DNA of 64,000 nucleotides from Antedon mediterranea (GCF_964355755.1 NC_092671.1:20274001-20338000); one strand, 5' to 3'; counted from the first letter of the stretch, positions 41,501 to 52,909 are shown. A program made the numbers and translations. The notes: generated by a model from the letters alone, not told the origin.

Positions 41501-43018
41501 TGCAACAATTGCTCTCTTTGCAGACGATGCAAAAGGCTTGAAATCTATTAATCAAGTGACCGATTGTAATCTTTTACAAGACGATATCAATTCGTTGTAC
41601 AAATGGAGTAAAACATGGGATCTATGTTTTAATCCATCTAAATGTCAAATAATATCTATTACTAGAAAACGAAACCCTGTAATATATGACTACAGGATGA
41701 ATAGTATTTCTCTCGCTAGATCTGATTGTATCAATGATCTAGGAATCGAAATATCTAATCATCTGAAATGGAATGAGAACGTCACCAAAGTTGTCTCTAA
41801 ATGTAATCGCAAACTTGGTATGATTAAACGGGCTATGGGTTACAATGCCCCTATCAGTATTACTAGGACGCTATTCACCTCCCTGGTTAGAACCAACCTT
41901 GAGTATGCTAGCTCATTGTGGAGTGGCACATCCAAATGTAACATGCAACGTTTGGAAAGTGTACAGCGTAAAGCTACCAAATACATTTTGATTTACTCCG
42001 ATCAAGATTACAAAGAACGTCTAACCTTGCTCAATTTACTGCCCCTATCATATAGAAGAGAATATATGGATGTTAACTTCTTCCATCAATGCTTGCTTAA
42101 CATGAATGATCTTAATATCAAAGATTTTGTTACATTTTCCGGAGACAATAATGGTCGTGCAACAAGATCATCTGTTGATGACCTCAATCTTACTGTCAGA
42201 AATGGTCATACTGAATAACATAAATGGATGTATTTCCAACGCATTGTTCCCATGTGGAATCAGTTAGATCAAGTTACTAGAGAAGCACCTACGTCTTACA
42301 GGTTTAAGCTAGGGGCTAAGAAATATTTTAACGACTTATTTACCAATACGTATGAAACTGGCAATATGTGCACATGGGTGTCCTGTTGTCGCTGCTGTAA
42401 ATGTCGACCAACTTAGTTTAATCTTAAATTATACAAATTTATAAATTACTATTTACTATATTTAAATATTTATTATAATGTTATTAACTTTTGGGATTCT
42501 AGAGGTGTTTACCACCTGTTGGTCCCATCCTTCACTGAATGTACTTTGTTCTTTATATATGTTATGTCTTTTTCTTGCTTTGTATGTACATTTTTTGTGA
42601 GAATTTGAATTAAAAAAAAAAAAATATATATATATATATATGCCTGGGCAGAGGTTTGCGCTCTCGGAATGCCCTTCTAGTTATTTCTGCTATCTCTCAG
42701 AACACCAGTGCTCCTAGGTATTTTATTTATTTTGACCTAAACAGCATATTATGCTAACAATCAAGGGGCCCTCATACACTCTAAAAATATACCATATCAA
42801 TCGCCAAAAAAACAGTTGTGCTGATTTAGACTAAAACTTTGTTGTGATATCACAATTTTGTTTTCCTCTCAAGGGATGCAAGAAATATGAGTAAAGATGT
42901 CAATAACACCATTGTCACTATCATTAGCCAACATCAAGGTATTGCTATGGAAGACGCAAAATCAGTAACTATGAAACTAAGACAAGAAGGCAGATACCTT
43001 GAAGATATTTGGACCTAA
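14435..43018 (+). CDS. MTRR: Methionine synthase reductase, 11 coding exons, 686 aa
   Basis: join(14435-14569,17901-18051,18293-18410,18805-19180,19351-19494,20272-20514,35514-35737,36579-36723,37349-37560,41109-41276,42874-43018) = 2061 nt; all GT-AG and phase-consistent; FMN, FAD and NADPH domains; MTRR-type segments LEIVVEPWI, LEHLPRLLPRPYS, RKGVCTGWL, RYLEDIWT; no N-terminal TM anchor. Confidence 0.95.
15865..16034 (+). mobile_element. Possible short Helitron remnant
   Basis: 3' hairpin TACCCG..CGGGTA followed by CTGCTA(CTGTA)GT; 5' TCTAATATAAATGCT resembles the start of the 40196 Helitron. Confidence 0.4.
16745..17855. mobile_element. Tc1/mariner-superfamily (pogo/Tc2-like) MITE
   Basis: TIR CCGTATATTTCGGTGTA / TACACCGAAATATACGG with TA on both sides; internal GTATAAGACGCAC repeats. 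Confidence 0.85.
17901..18051 (+). CDS. MTRR: MTRR coding exon 2
   Basis: FNIEKE..ISSTGDGEPPDTALKFW..YTIL; CAG acceptor, GT donor. Confidence 0.93.
18293..18410 (+). CDS. MTRR: MTRR coding exon 3
   Basis: GLGDSNYSNFC..LGAQHFY..ADDAIG. Confidence 0.93.
18805..19180 (+). CDS. MTRR: MTRR coding exon 4 (linker)
   Basis: LEIVVEPWIDGL..VPALPHSFLEV; donor GTGAGT. Confidence 0.92.
19351..19494 (+). CDS. MTRR: MTRR coding exon 5
   Basis: DLDSLCIQNG..LTRQDAVKTALEIQLEIT. Confidence 0.9.
20272..20514 (+). CDS. MTRR: MTRR coding exon 6
   Basis: ESEMTFEPGDSFGIVCEN..CCDIRTPIKK; donor GTAAGT. Confidence 0.93.
20690..21270 (+). mobile_element. Degraded LINE reverse transcriptase fragment (probable 3' continuation at 24850-24990)
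   Basis: SESATGLHASFNKLATYCNKWKLTVYIDKTKVMIFN; C-terminal HFLIKCSFYSDLR motif near 24870. Confidence 0.65.
22038..22587. mobile_element. hAT-like MITE with about 100-bp TIRs built of GGCCAGCCTGTGGTCCGAGGGCGCTAGACA repeats
   Basis: (A)AGGGGTCGTCAAAC.. / ..GTTTGACGACCCCTG inverted termini; TSD not clean. Confidence 0.75.
22880..23765 (-). mobile_element. 5'-truncated CR1/L2-group LINE 3' end
   Basis: ORF 23154-23759 KLLGL..DLKW..IRPILEYACPVWH..ERVQKR; A-rich tail near 22880-22905. Confidence 0.85.
24121..24339. repeat. Minisatellite, 43-bp unit x5
   Basis: ATAGAATATACAATGGTAACCGGGTCAACTATAACATATAACA at 24121, 24164, 24207, 24250, 24293, no spacers. Confidence 0.95.
24354..24401 (+). ncRNA. 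Minimal type I hammerhead-ribozyme-like motif (Penelope/retrozyme type), core mutated
   Basis: CTAAGGA-C-GATCAA-agcata-TTGATC-GAAAC-GTC-GAG: CUGANGA box with G->A change, 6-bp stem II, GAAA, GUC cleavage triplet. Confidence 0.55.
24403..24690 (-). mobile_element. BEL/Pao LTR retrotransposon integrase fragment
   Basis: Minus strand FKMNAPSASHTGGVCDRRICSVRRVL..LNDESL..YEAAAMVNG.PLT, resembling the BEL integrase PxAxHxGGxWER..EAxxNxRPL region. Confidence 0.7.
25030..28700 (-). mobile_element. Near full-length decayed L2 LINE ORF2 (endonuclease + RT)
   Basis: LWNAHSV, TETW, YGSDH, RPVSNL, LLDMSSAVDT, GVPQGSTLSP, YADDTQ, LDYCNSLL; L2-type 3' end TGTAAAGCGCTT..GGCGCTATATAAAT. Confidence 0.9.
27722..28065 (+). 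mobile_element. tRNA-derived SINE (possibly Meta-SINE-like core)
   Basis: A box TGGCCGAGCGG, B-box-like GGTTCAAGGCTC, core GGATAAGGACTATAAACCGTAGGTCC..TAAAGAACC, (GAA)n tail, GATCT direct repeats; removal restores LINE RKSDQYGG. Confidence 0.8.
30832..32276 (-). mobile_element. Non-autonomous Helitron (family H1)
   Basis: Minus strand 5' TCTATATATAAA, 3' hairpin GATGGTACGC..GCGTACCATC + CTAG; inserted between A and T with no TSD. Confidence 0.9.
32430..32686. repeat. 257-bp tandem duplication inside the CR1 LINE
   Basis: Equals 30728-30831 + 32277-32429 with about 4 substitutions. Confidence 0.9.
34560..35485 (+). mobile_element. 5'-truncated LINE 3' end (Crack/Daphne-like, related to 55850-59760)
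   Basis: ORF 34575-35207 YLGC..SRLKFLYR..ALITCHFDYACCSW..AWNNLP; AATAAA + (TCAAA)n tail. Confidence 0.85.
35514..35737 (+). CDS. MTRR: MTRR coding exon 7
   Basis: GFIRMLAEYT..LQELCSRQG..LEHLPRLLPRPYSIS (RxYS FAD motif). Confidence 0.94.
36579..36723 (+). CDS. MTRR: MTRR coding exon 8
   Basis: SPLVS..FVFNIVE..RKGVCTGWL. Confidence 0.93.
37017..37122. repeat. Small inverted-repeat element
   Basis: AATTATATATTTTAGAGCTGTTATCT vs AGATAATAGCTCTTAAAATATAATT, with internal CAGATAAT repeats. Confidence 0.5.
37349..37560 (+). CDS. MTRR: MTRR coding exon 9
   Basis: FHLPSD..MILIGAGTGLAPFIGFLQHR..LFFGCRH..DYLY. Confidence 0.94.
38625..39080 (-). mobile_element. LINE ORF1 (L1-type) fragment
   Basis: Minus strand DLENKIDELENLTRRNNLFF, matching the ENxxRRNNL ORF1 motif. 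Confidence 0.55.
39283..39979 (+). mobile_element. Helentron-associated non-autonomous element (HINE)
   Basis: Sub-TIR TACTCGGGGTAC (39286) / GTACCCCGAGTA (39949), 3' hairpin GCAC-attc-GTGC then TTGTT; inserted at TT, removal restores KDIGVVTHNLK. Confidence 0.8.
40196..41040 (+). mobile_element. Non-autonomous Helitron
   Basis: A|TCTATATATTAA 5' end; CTGTGC-gga-GCACGG hairpin + CTAG|T 3' end. Confidence 0.75.
41109..41276 (+). CDS. MTRR: MTRR coding exon 10
   Basis: SELERF..SFSRD..RYVQD..VYVCG. Confidence 0.93.
41490..42640 (+). mobile_element. 5'-truncated CR1-like LINE 3' end
   Basis: LFADDAK..LQDDIN..FNPSKC..DLGI..LEYAS..LESVQRKATK; poly(A)+(TA)n tail. Confidence 0.9.
42641..42682 (+). 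mobile_element. Helentron/HINE-like 3' terminus remnant
   Basis: GGCAGAGGTTTGCGCTCTCGGAATGCCCTTCTAGTT resembles Helentron 3' ends. Confidence 0.4.
42874..43018 (+). CDS. MTRR: MTRR last coding exon
   Basis: DARNMSKDV..GRYLEDIWT-stop; AATAAA downstream (about 43183 and 43642). Confidence 0.94.
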
Positions 43019-45418
43019 ACTTTTGTTTTATAATTTAATTAAATAATGTTTAATTTCATGGTTTTAAGTAACAGTCAATTAGTTTTTGCTTTTTAAGAAG
43101 CAAAGAAAACTTTATTAGATATTTATAGATTAACACCATATTAACATTTATATTTTATTTGGAATAAGAACACAGAAGTCAGAATAAAAAAGGAAACAAC
43201 AGAAACTTGATGAATCTCATTTAATGTAAAAGCATAATATACATATAGTCAAATTTGCCAAGTAAGTTAGTACTTGATTTATGTGTTATTCTTAAAAATA
43301 TTTTTGTTTGCACAATATTATCCACAATTGTTAATACCTGTCCTATAGGTAAATACGAACCTACCAACTATTTCGCATTTTCTGACAAATTAAATTAAAT
43401 AGGGCCTATCTGTTGCTTAAAAAGCTTCAAGACAACGTTTTTCATATTATCTTTTATATTTAAATTGTCACTTTTTGACATCTAGTGTTATTCCACTGTT
43501 TTTAGTACTTTACTTTCAAATGTTACCAGTAATAGTAATACAGTATTTCATGTGTATCAATTTTCGATTAGATCAGTAGTGTCAGATGTATAATGTTGTT
43601 TTTAAACCAATAGAACCTTTGAACTGTGTTGCAAATTTAGAAATAAAAATACACTTTTAACATTGATATGTGTGAGGTTTTGTTTTGTGTGCCATTTTCC
43701 TGCATAATAACTTTCAAACTTTCAATTTTTTTAAAGTCAAGGTAAAATGTTGATTAGTCAGACACCAAACATCAATTCCACATTAAATTGATCGACATAA
43801 CAGATTGGTTAATTTAGCATAAACTTCTACACAAACAACAATATTTTAAAACCAATTAGGCCTACAGCAAGTCAGTGAATTATCCAGGAAGTAATTAGTA
43901 GCACATACATGTGTTGTACAATTATTATAAGAAAGACAACTTGTGTTTCTCCGTTTTCAAGTAATGTTCGGACGTGTTAATTATGTTTTAAAACATCTTT
44001 GTGAAATTTAGTACAATGTCAGACAACAAAATTATTATGGATGTGTTAAGGTCAACTGCAGGCATATATTTCAGATATTTGTTAAATTACATGAATTAAA
44101 GATGTGTAACAGAAAAAACGACGAATAAATATGAATTTTTTTTAAATCCATATGGTCAACCTGATGGTCTGGTGACTACATGAAATTAAGAAAGTGCACA
44201 AAAAGCCGGTGAGTATACAATTTTGTTAATTTCATATAGCGCGAAAATTAAGTTGAATAAACAAAATGTAAAATTCAACTTATATTACCTATTAGTGAAA
44301 AATTTATTGTGAGTAAACAATTTCGTTACCACTATTACAGACGCCAGATGAAAATATTTGAACATAATTATCCGATAACATTTGTTGCCACTGTTTATTT
44401 AAACAAATATTTTGAAATCCAATATGGCGGCCAAATTAGGGTCGGGAAAAATTGGTCCCCAGTTGCAATGAATTCTGCTGGTCCTAAGGATTCCAAAAAT
44501 GCCAAGAACTCAACTTGAGCATTAAAATCTAACGGAATTACATTAGGTTCCCCACTAAAACTATAGAATGATAATTATCGGAATGTTTGATCAATATAAA
44601 TGTTTTGGCGTGTTTAAAAATACAGCATCTCTGCAAGCAGTTCAACAAAGTACCTCTCAATATTGAGTATCATTTTTTAATACACCATATCGGTAACCTG
44701 TTCGCAAATAACATTAGTTTAGTAACTACTACTACTTTAGTAATATAAATAATTGATTTAAAACGTAATACAAGCATGTGCAATAAGATTACCAATAAAC
44801 AAATAATGTATTTGGTTTAGTTTATTATTTATATATTTTATTGTTTTTTAAAAAATAAAATAGTAATTCTCAGTAAACATCAAAACAGCAACTTACAGGC
44901 GGCAACAAAAGAAAAAGAAAAAAAAACAATTATGATGTTCATTTTTACCTTGTTTTAAAGAAAAAAAACGGGTGGAGCTCTGATTGGATGATTTGTTGTT
45001 TGTTTGGGATATTTAATATCCGTTTAGTAATTTGGTCAATTTACTATACAACGTCATCCAATTCCTGTGTTACCTTGATGCATATTATGTCGTTGCTTTA
45101 AACTGACGAAGAATATTACCAAAAACATTTTTATTCCAAATTTGACAAAAGTCAAGTTCTTAAATTACCGGTCTTTTTTTTTATTTGTGCGTAAAGAACA
45201 CCAGACCACTGTTTACATCTCAATGGTGATTTAATGGAACAGTAGCTACAAAGGGCGTGATGATGGCACAATTATAGCTCCGCTGAATTTAGGAAACGTG
45301 CAATTAAATAGTAATTTCTTTTCATTAAACAAAACCACTTATATTTAACCGATTTTTACATTATTAAGATGACACTACGTACAAATTACACTGGTGATAA
45401 TCTGGAAATGAAATCGGA

Positions 45419-48400
45419 ATGGATTGTGTAATATGCTTATTCTTCGTATTAGTTTCTTCAAATGTGAATCGAATTCGTTTAGTTTTGGGAGATAATTTTA
45501 ACCAAGCTGGTGTGTGCCCTCAGAATCAGAGGTAAATTATTATTTTGATATTATAATTTGTGGTTTTGCTGCTACGATTTATTATTTTAAGCTACCTTAA
45601 GTAAAACAGGAATTTGTTTATATATTCGTCATTATTTTCTGTTATAATTATACTGTAATTTTCAAGAATAATTAATCGTTTTATTGGATTTACATTTTAT
45701 TTTTTTATACCAACGTTTCTATCAAATGAGATATATTCATAAATTTGTAATATATTATTGCTATTAATAACCGAAAAAATGTTTATGTAATAGAGTGATT
45801 CGTTATCGTATTGTAAAACAAAAATCACCATCAGCAGCGTTACCACTGTGTTCCATAGGTTTACATGATGTACTTCAAACAGAATCAAAGAAATGCAGAA
45901 GGTAGGACTATATTTAGCATAAAAATTTAAATAAATAATAATAATTAATGTTTATGAGCAAAATTAATTAACTTTATGTTGAATAGGAAGTATATTTTCA
46001 CAAGATTTACAGTTATACGATGTTTCAATGAATAAAAATAGTTATTCAACGGATACAGAACATAAATTATTTGTTTCATATCACGTCAAATCCAAACAGA
46101 AACATGAATTATCCTAACTATAGCAGTGACTAACTAACTGTGGCATACTTGTACGCAAGTAAATATTATTTGTTCTGTACACAAATAAAGGGATTCTGCT
46201 AATTTATGAAAATGGCATTATTGTACTATTTTAATCACTAGGGCGTTTTTTTAAATTTGTGTCACTGACCTATGAAATGTCTTTCCCTCCGGTGATGATG
46301 ACAAACATAATGAATCATAGGTTCCATTTACCAGAATTAAAAAAGACAAGTTTGGGACTAAAATGGCTATGCTTTAAATTAAAGGACGTCGTGTTATCAA
46401 TTAAGCTTTTTAAAATAATGATTTGTCTATAGTTTGATTTTTTACACTGGTAGGTTTGTTTGGTTTTTTTTTCTTTATTTATTTATTTTTTTTGTTTTTA
46501 CAATGTTTTAGAAAATGGGCTTACAATATTGTCTGTCGATAGTAATATTGGTTCCCGAAGAAATACTTAATTTCATCGTGATTGGTGCTAACCCATGACA
46601 TATTTTTAATCTCTCTACTTTTCCAAAGTCAATTGAAGTTCAATTAACATCTAAAATCAAAAGAACAGATAGCCTACATATTATTATTATTATTAATTGT
46701 TTTGGATGTAGAGCCACATCAGAAGTAAAGGAGGTGACTAGATTGGAGAAATACACCACAAATATTACGATTTTCACATGTTGTCCAACCTTCAAACCCA
46801 TCGGAAACATTTGTGTACCAGAAGCAATGTCAGGTAATGGTGATATGATATGTTTATGAACGAACATTTATTGAAGATAATGTAGGTCTAGCTGTATTTT
46901 TCAATGAAAGTGGTTCAGTCGATGTAGTGGTATTGTAGAATTTTCCCCCGCAACAGGCATAGTAAACACACATAACGTTGGCTTCATTTATGAGTGTGCC
47001 TCCGAAATGTTTTTGAACTATAGATTTTTAGGTATTGTTTCAAATAAATGCATACTAGACCTACCAACTAAAATAACGATTTTGACTGTGCTTAAAATAA
47101 TTACTGTACTAATTAAATCTAATTCTTTGAATTTATTCATTTAATGGTTAATTGTAACCTTCCGTGATTTAATCTGATCTATTTGTTACCGTATTAATGT
47201 ATACTATACTATATTATTTATCAACAGAAAACGATACAATAATCGGTTTGAACCAGAAGACCGAGCCAGAGAAAGGTATTGACATGGACGTGTTTTTAAT
47301 GGCATTTAGCATTGTTGCTGCTGGTATTGTTACAGTAATACTCATAATTATATTGTCTGTTCAGTGTAGATGGGTTTCTTGTCTTAAGATTAGAAGGTAT
47401 GTATAGCCTCAATGTTTTCAGTTTAAATAATGGATGCTTAGAATATAGTGTCTATCAATGTTCTCTTTATTCCTCTAGTCAGCGTGAACTGCTTACAAGG
47501 TTTGCGCACGTGTGTTACGTCTCATGTTCTATATTTATCGTGTTCAATATATCTTGCACATCTATATTTTGTATCTCTAAATTGGTTACAGTGCGATACT
47601 ATTATAAGTAGGCCTCTGTACGACTGAATATGTATAATACATAGCATATTATATTTTATCATTGGTAAATTGGTAGATTATTTGCCTGATTATAGTGAAT
47701 CTTCATTATAAATGTTTTTTTAAACATTTAGATTAAAAGAAAGTGGGATAGTCCGAGTTACAAGACGCGGCAAAAATCGTAAGTAACAGTAACAATGTTC
47801 ATCACTATTGCCGGTGTTACCGTACAGTACAATTTAATTAGTCATAGAACATCAACAAAAAAACATTTCTGTTCTGATTTATACTTACAAAATATAAATT
47901 AAAACGATTTACAATATTGAGAATCGTGATTCAACATTTCGATCGTTCGTTCGTTCGAAATCGATTTTTTAAATCTGAATCATAATTGTCTATAATAAGC
48001 CTAATCCAATATGATCGAAATGACTCATTGTGTTAAGAGTTTTTCTATTTTTTTGTTAATTTACTTAAACTTGGTGATCTGATTTGATTCTGATATGCTC
48101 TCCATGTATTTTCCATAGTCATTTTTACTGAAGGAATTGATAATGAATGACTCGTTAACACTGTTAATAGTTTTTCTATTTATTTAGGAAAAACATTATT
48201 ATTTTAATTTTAAATAACCGAATTCTGTAGGGAATACAGAATAGAACATGAGCCCATTCATTTTCTTATGTTTGCTTCCAATTAGACCATGTAAACTTTT
48301 CACATCAACGGACAATAGGACCATGTACAGTATTTAACATATTCAAAATTTCAGATCATTTTTATATATAAACTACGAGACGAACATTTGCTTTGTAATT

Positions 48401-49319
48401 AAAGGGTCCTAAAATTATTTAATTTTAATTTGACTGTAAAAAAATAAAATTAAAAATATTAGAATGTCAGTATCAATATTTTATATATATATACTCTTTT
48501 AATTTAGGTAACTCACGTCAACAGTTTGCATTTCTCGATTTGGCTCAGTCTGCTACAAGTAGTAGATGTTCTTGTATTGCTATGACAGACCATACAGATT
48601 TTGATAATGACGACACGTCAAATTCTACTAGTTTAAATAGACGATCCTTGCCATCCGTTTACGAAATACAAGGATTCCACGTTCAACAAGAAAATCATAC
48701 CAATCCTTATCCTATGCTTGATCCGCCATTACTCAGGCCAAGACCTACAGGGAGAGCCGAATTACAGGAACCAAGTAAAAACCATTTTGACTGTGATGAT
48801 TATGCAGTAGTGTTGTCGTTTGGAAACAGTTTTAAGCACAATCATTCGACAGAAGAAGACGCAACAGCGTCCGCTAATGACTACATAACAACCCTGCGTT
48901 CAAAATTTGGTGATTTCAAAAGTAATTCCCGGCATGGTCACGTATTCTCAACTGACATGAGTGTTACCAATGACTATGTAACTGGTGTTGGAACACGTTT
49001 AGATGATATGACTGTAGGATATGTAACGACAATTGGAGCGCATCCTGACTGTTCGGAATCTAAAAATGACAAATGTCGTTTATTTCCAAGTCAGTTTTTT
49101 GCAGCCTCAGAACTGGATAGTGTTGCAGAATACATAACTTCAGTTAAAAAAACACACGATAATATTCGTTCGATGGTAAACCGAGAATCAACTTCCACCT
49201 ACGATTCAAACTACATGACTCCAATGGATGCAACTCGAACATTATCTTCCAATGCTACCAGTGCGGACTACGATGATGTTGATCTACTCCACAATAATTT
49301 CATTTCTGAAGAATATTAA
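45419..49319 (+). CDS. Single-pass type I membrane protein: signal peptide, degenerate EMI-like domain, TM, Tyr-rich cytoplasmic tail (456 aa)
   Basis: join(45419-45531,45794-45901,46712-46833,47228-47396,47732-47778,48508-49319) = 1371 nt, all GT-AG, open and phase-consistent (2,2,1,2,1); GVC..C..C..CCP..C pattern; TM VFLMAFSIVAAGIVTVILIIILSV. Confidence 0.75.
47228..47396 (+). CDS. Transmembrane exon of the EMI-TM gene
   Basis: CAG acceptor, hydrophobic 24-mer followed by basic residues, donor GTATGT. Confidence 0.8.
48508..49319 (+). CDS. Terminal exon of the EMI-TM gene (cytoplasmic tail)
   Basis: 270-codon open frame in AT-rich DNA with 11 Tyr, many in D/E-Y-(I/V/M)-T-like contexts. 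Confidence 0.8.
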
Positions 49320-49519
49320 CATTGTGAGATTATCTTAGATGCACGTTATTTAACTTAATTGAGAGTAACTAAATGCTTCTGCTTAGATATTTAATGAAGA
49401 GGTTTAGAGGATTTTGTGCCGGTGAACCCGTTCTACTTCCTCTTTCCAGACATGCTACAGCAACGCTTAAATGCAGTGAAACAAATTTAATACTTTTGTG
49501 AGAGCCTGGGTTGTCACAC

Positions 49520-50040
49520 TCATTCATTCATTCATTCATAATAACATTTATTTCTTATCATTTCAAAGTAAACAAAATAGCAATTTAAATATAAATAATT
49601 AAGAGGCAACACCCAGAAAGTAATAACATTTACACTTACCCTGTTGCAAACAAAAATGCTTGTTAAAATCAAAAGTCCAAGTACTTCACTTGCACTGGTG
49701 AAGGGCTAGTGTTGCTCTGAAACTTTTTCTGCCTCTTTACTTTTCTTTTTGGTTATTGAGATCCAAACACTGATACCGACAGCATTTCCATAGTCATGTC
49801 ATCAAAATATCCGGGTCCATACGCTGTGTTGAAAGTAGAGCAGGGTGTCCTTTTCATGGGCAATGATTCCATAAAAGTATGAGCGAGAAGAAATAAATGA
49901 TTAAAGTATTGACACTTTTTTTTTTCATTTTACTTGTAATATTAGGAGAATGCGGGGTCTTTGTTCCTTTATACACTACTCAAAAGGGCAAATATTGAAA
50001 TCAAATGACGTGCACTTTCTCTTTGAAATCATGATCAGAA
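49520..50040 (-). mobile_element. Probable degraded LINE 3' end
   Basis: (GAAT)n tail on the minus strand at 49521-49538; a LWN-like C-terminal motif upstream. Confidence 0.4.
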
Positions 50041-50046
50041 CATGCA

Positions 50047-50370
50047 TCTTTTATATAAATTATGTCTAATTCTGACATAGGTGAGCACAATGGAAACATT
50101 TCGGGAAAGACCTCCGCCTTGGATACCTACATCACCTATGTACCGCGAAACGTAGATCTAATAACATTATTTCTCACTATTACGTTATTGTTCCATATTT
50201 CTCTCTTAGGAAGATATCATGGAGGGTTTTAAAACGAAATTATAGGCCTACTACAAATTAATAAAGATCAAATTTAAAAAATTCATAAGACATCGTAGTA
50301 TAATGTGGGGAATAGTATATTAAATGACATCGGGAAAACTGATGACCTTTTTGTGAAATCGAGTGTGAAA
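50047..50370 (+). repeat. Dispersed repeat (Helitron-like 5' end, family H2), second copy at 51756-52430
   Basis: Shared TATATAAATTATG..AATTCTGACATAGG.GAGCACAATG..GTACCGCGAAACGTAGAT and CAAATTAATAAAGATCAAATT blocks. Confidence 0.7.
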
Positions 50371-51539
50371 CCCCGAGTTTTTTAGTAAACTGAAAGGACT
50401 GTAGGCCTATAACTGTGCGCTACCTGTGTCCTTTTAGTACCCTGGGATACTTCTGCCTATGCTACAAGCTGTCTAAAACGTGTTCCTTCCTATCCCGAAA
50501 CGGCCCACTGTGTCGCGGAAGTTAGTTTTTATTTGTAGTAGAATTCATCGTACTGTTATCTACAATTTACCAAGCTTTTGTTAGTTATTTTTACCACTTT
50601 TCATATCTACTAGAGGATTTTACTAACAAATTAAACGTACCCCTCGAATAAACACCTCCCTCAAATGAACTCTACCTCCAAACTATAAGGGCCCTACCAA
50701 ACAATAAAATAAACAAAATAGACCTAGGCCTACTTTAAAATGTTACTATATCAACTAAGACACTGAAACAGAGTAGGTTTAGTTTACGAATATCAATCAT
50801 TTCAATAATAATGTAGACCACGATGTAATTTCGTGTCATTTTTCCGTTAAAAGCAAAATTCAAGCTGATTTAGTGTCTTTAAAATGTAAAATAATAAAAA
50901 AAATATGTTGCCATTTAAAAAGAAAGCCTAAAGGCCCTTTTACACTGCGTGATAACTAATAACATAATAATAATTACATAAGATGATAGGCTTACGACAA
51001 CATAGTGATAACACAAAATGGTGACTCTCAGTAGGCCTAGAGTACTCACTTCTTCATACTAGATCTAGGTCGTGCCCACAGATGGTTCTCGAATACACAG
51101 TAATTTCAGCGTTAAAAAACTGGCGATTTAAAATGTACAATAATGCAGGACAATAATATATGTCGTTTACAGGAACGATTAAATAGACACTGTGATTTAT
51201 GTACTCAACTAAAATTAGCACACTGGGAATTACTTCCGAAAGAGAAAGTTGTCACAAAATGAGACCAATTGTTTAAGTCAAATTTAAACAAACTTAATTT
51301 GTGTTTTGTATGTAACATTATGGTGGAGAGATGGGGAAGAGGATGGGTGCAAAGAGGAACAATTTTTAAATATATTCTTTATTTTGTAACGAAATATTAA
51401 TTAACATGTTTTACAAATAATATACCACTAAACACAGTAAAACATTGCGATGTAATACTTTGTTGAAACTATCACCGTCGTAGTCGATTGAAATAGTACA
51501 GTACATATAACTATGGAACGCCGTTTACGCAACATTTCG

Positions 51540-51745
51540 ATGATATGAATTTTATGACGCGATATGTGAATGAAATGCATCGATATGAATTAAATGGTGC
51601 GATATATGAATGAAATGTTTTGAATTGAATGCTTTGAATTGAATATTTTGAATGAAATGTTTTGAATGAAATGTTTTGAATGAAATGCTTTAAATGAAAT
51701 GTTTTGAATGAAATGTTTTGAATGAAATGTTTGAATTGAATTGAA
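51540..51745. repeat. 15-bp-period satellite (TGAATGAAATGTTTT)n
   Basis: Direct reading; degenerate at the 5' side. Confidence 0.85.
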
Positions 51746-52909
51746 AAGTCAATAGTCTATATATAAATTATGGTTAATTCTGACATAGGCGAGCACAATG
51801 CAAAAACTTCGGTACAAATCTCCGCCTTGGATGGATACCTACCTTATCTATCTGAGATGTACCGCGAAACGTAGATTTGATAACATTAGTGTTCACGGCG
51901 ACGCTATTGTTCCATATTTCTATCTTAGGAAGATATTATAAAGAGTTTTTTAACACAATTTATGATTTCAACATTAGATTTTCATCTCAATTTCAATTCT
52001 TCCCGGTCAAAGTAATTTCCGAGTTTAAGTTAAGTTCACCTTCCAACAACCTGTTTTCAAATATTATCTCCATTTTATACACAAGTAGTTAAAATAATAG
52101 ATTTGACCCTAAAGGTGACTGGAAACAGGCACTTTCCATCAATCAATACAGTGTCCATTTGGAAGACGAAAAAAAAACCAGAATATTTGGCCATTAATCA
52201 TAGCCATTTCAGTTTTTTGGAAGACGAAAAAAAAATCAGATATAGGCCATTAATCATAGCCATTTCAGTTTTTTGTTTATTTTAAAACATACCGCGGCGC
52301 CTGTGTGAAGGTACAGTAGTTAAATAATAGGAATTATACTGCAAATTAATAAAGATCAAATTAAATATACGCCATAAAGAATCAGAATATATTGTGGGGA
52401 ATAGTATTATAAAATTACATAGGGAGAACAATTTGTGAAAACCACCTCTATTCGGGGCAAATCATAAATTCGATTTAATCGGTAATAAATATTAAATTAC
52501 GGCGACTGAAAACGCTAGCTCATTATCCGCGCTACTCATGCCAGTGAGGGAAGGGTGATGATGTCACGTGGGTGGTTTAACTGCAATAATAAAGATTTGT
52601 ACATAATATACGGCGACTGAAAACGCTAGCTCATTATCCGTTAAAAAAAATCTATATCCAACCTCTGCAGCACAGATTGAAAAAAAAATGGATCGAATTT
52701 CTGTTTTGAGTATACAGTACTTGCCTTTACGACGCCTGAGGGAATAGACACTTGTGGAACGACACAGAGATTGGAATGTTCCATTCATCGCAAATCAATA
52801 CATTTGTATAAACGTATATTAAATCTATCACAATAGTATTTTTTAAGAAAATCGGCCTGTCTTCAACATTATGATACTGTACTCGAGCTGTTCAACCGGT
52901 TTTCAGCTA

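Noticed and set aside
14435-43018. Cytochrome P450 reductase, NDOR1 or NOS identity
   Set aside because: No N-terminal membrane anchor or oxygenase domain; long linker and diagnostic segments match MTRR
44380-44557. Academ-like terminus ending CCCCACTA
   Set aside because: No partner end or coding remnant found; cannot be supported
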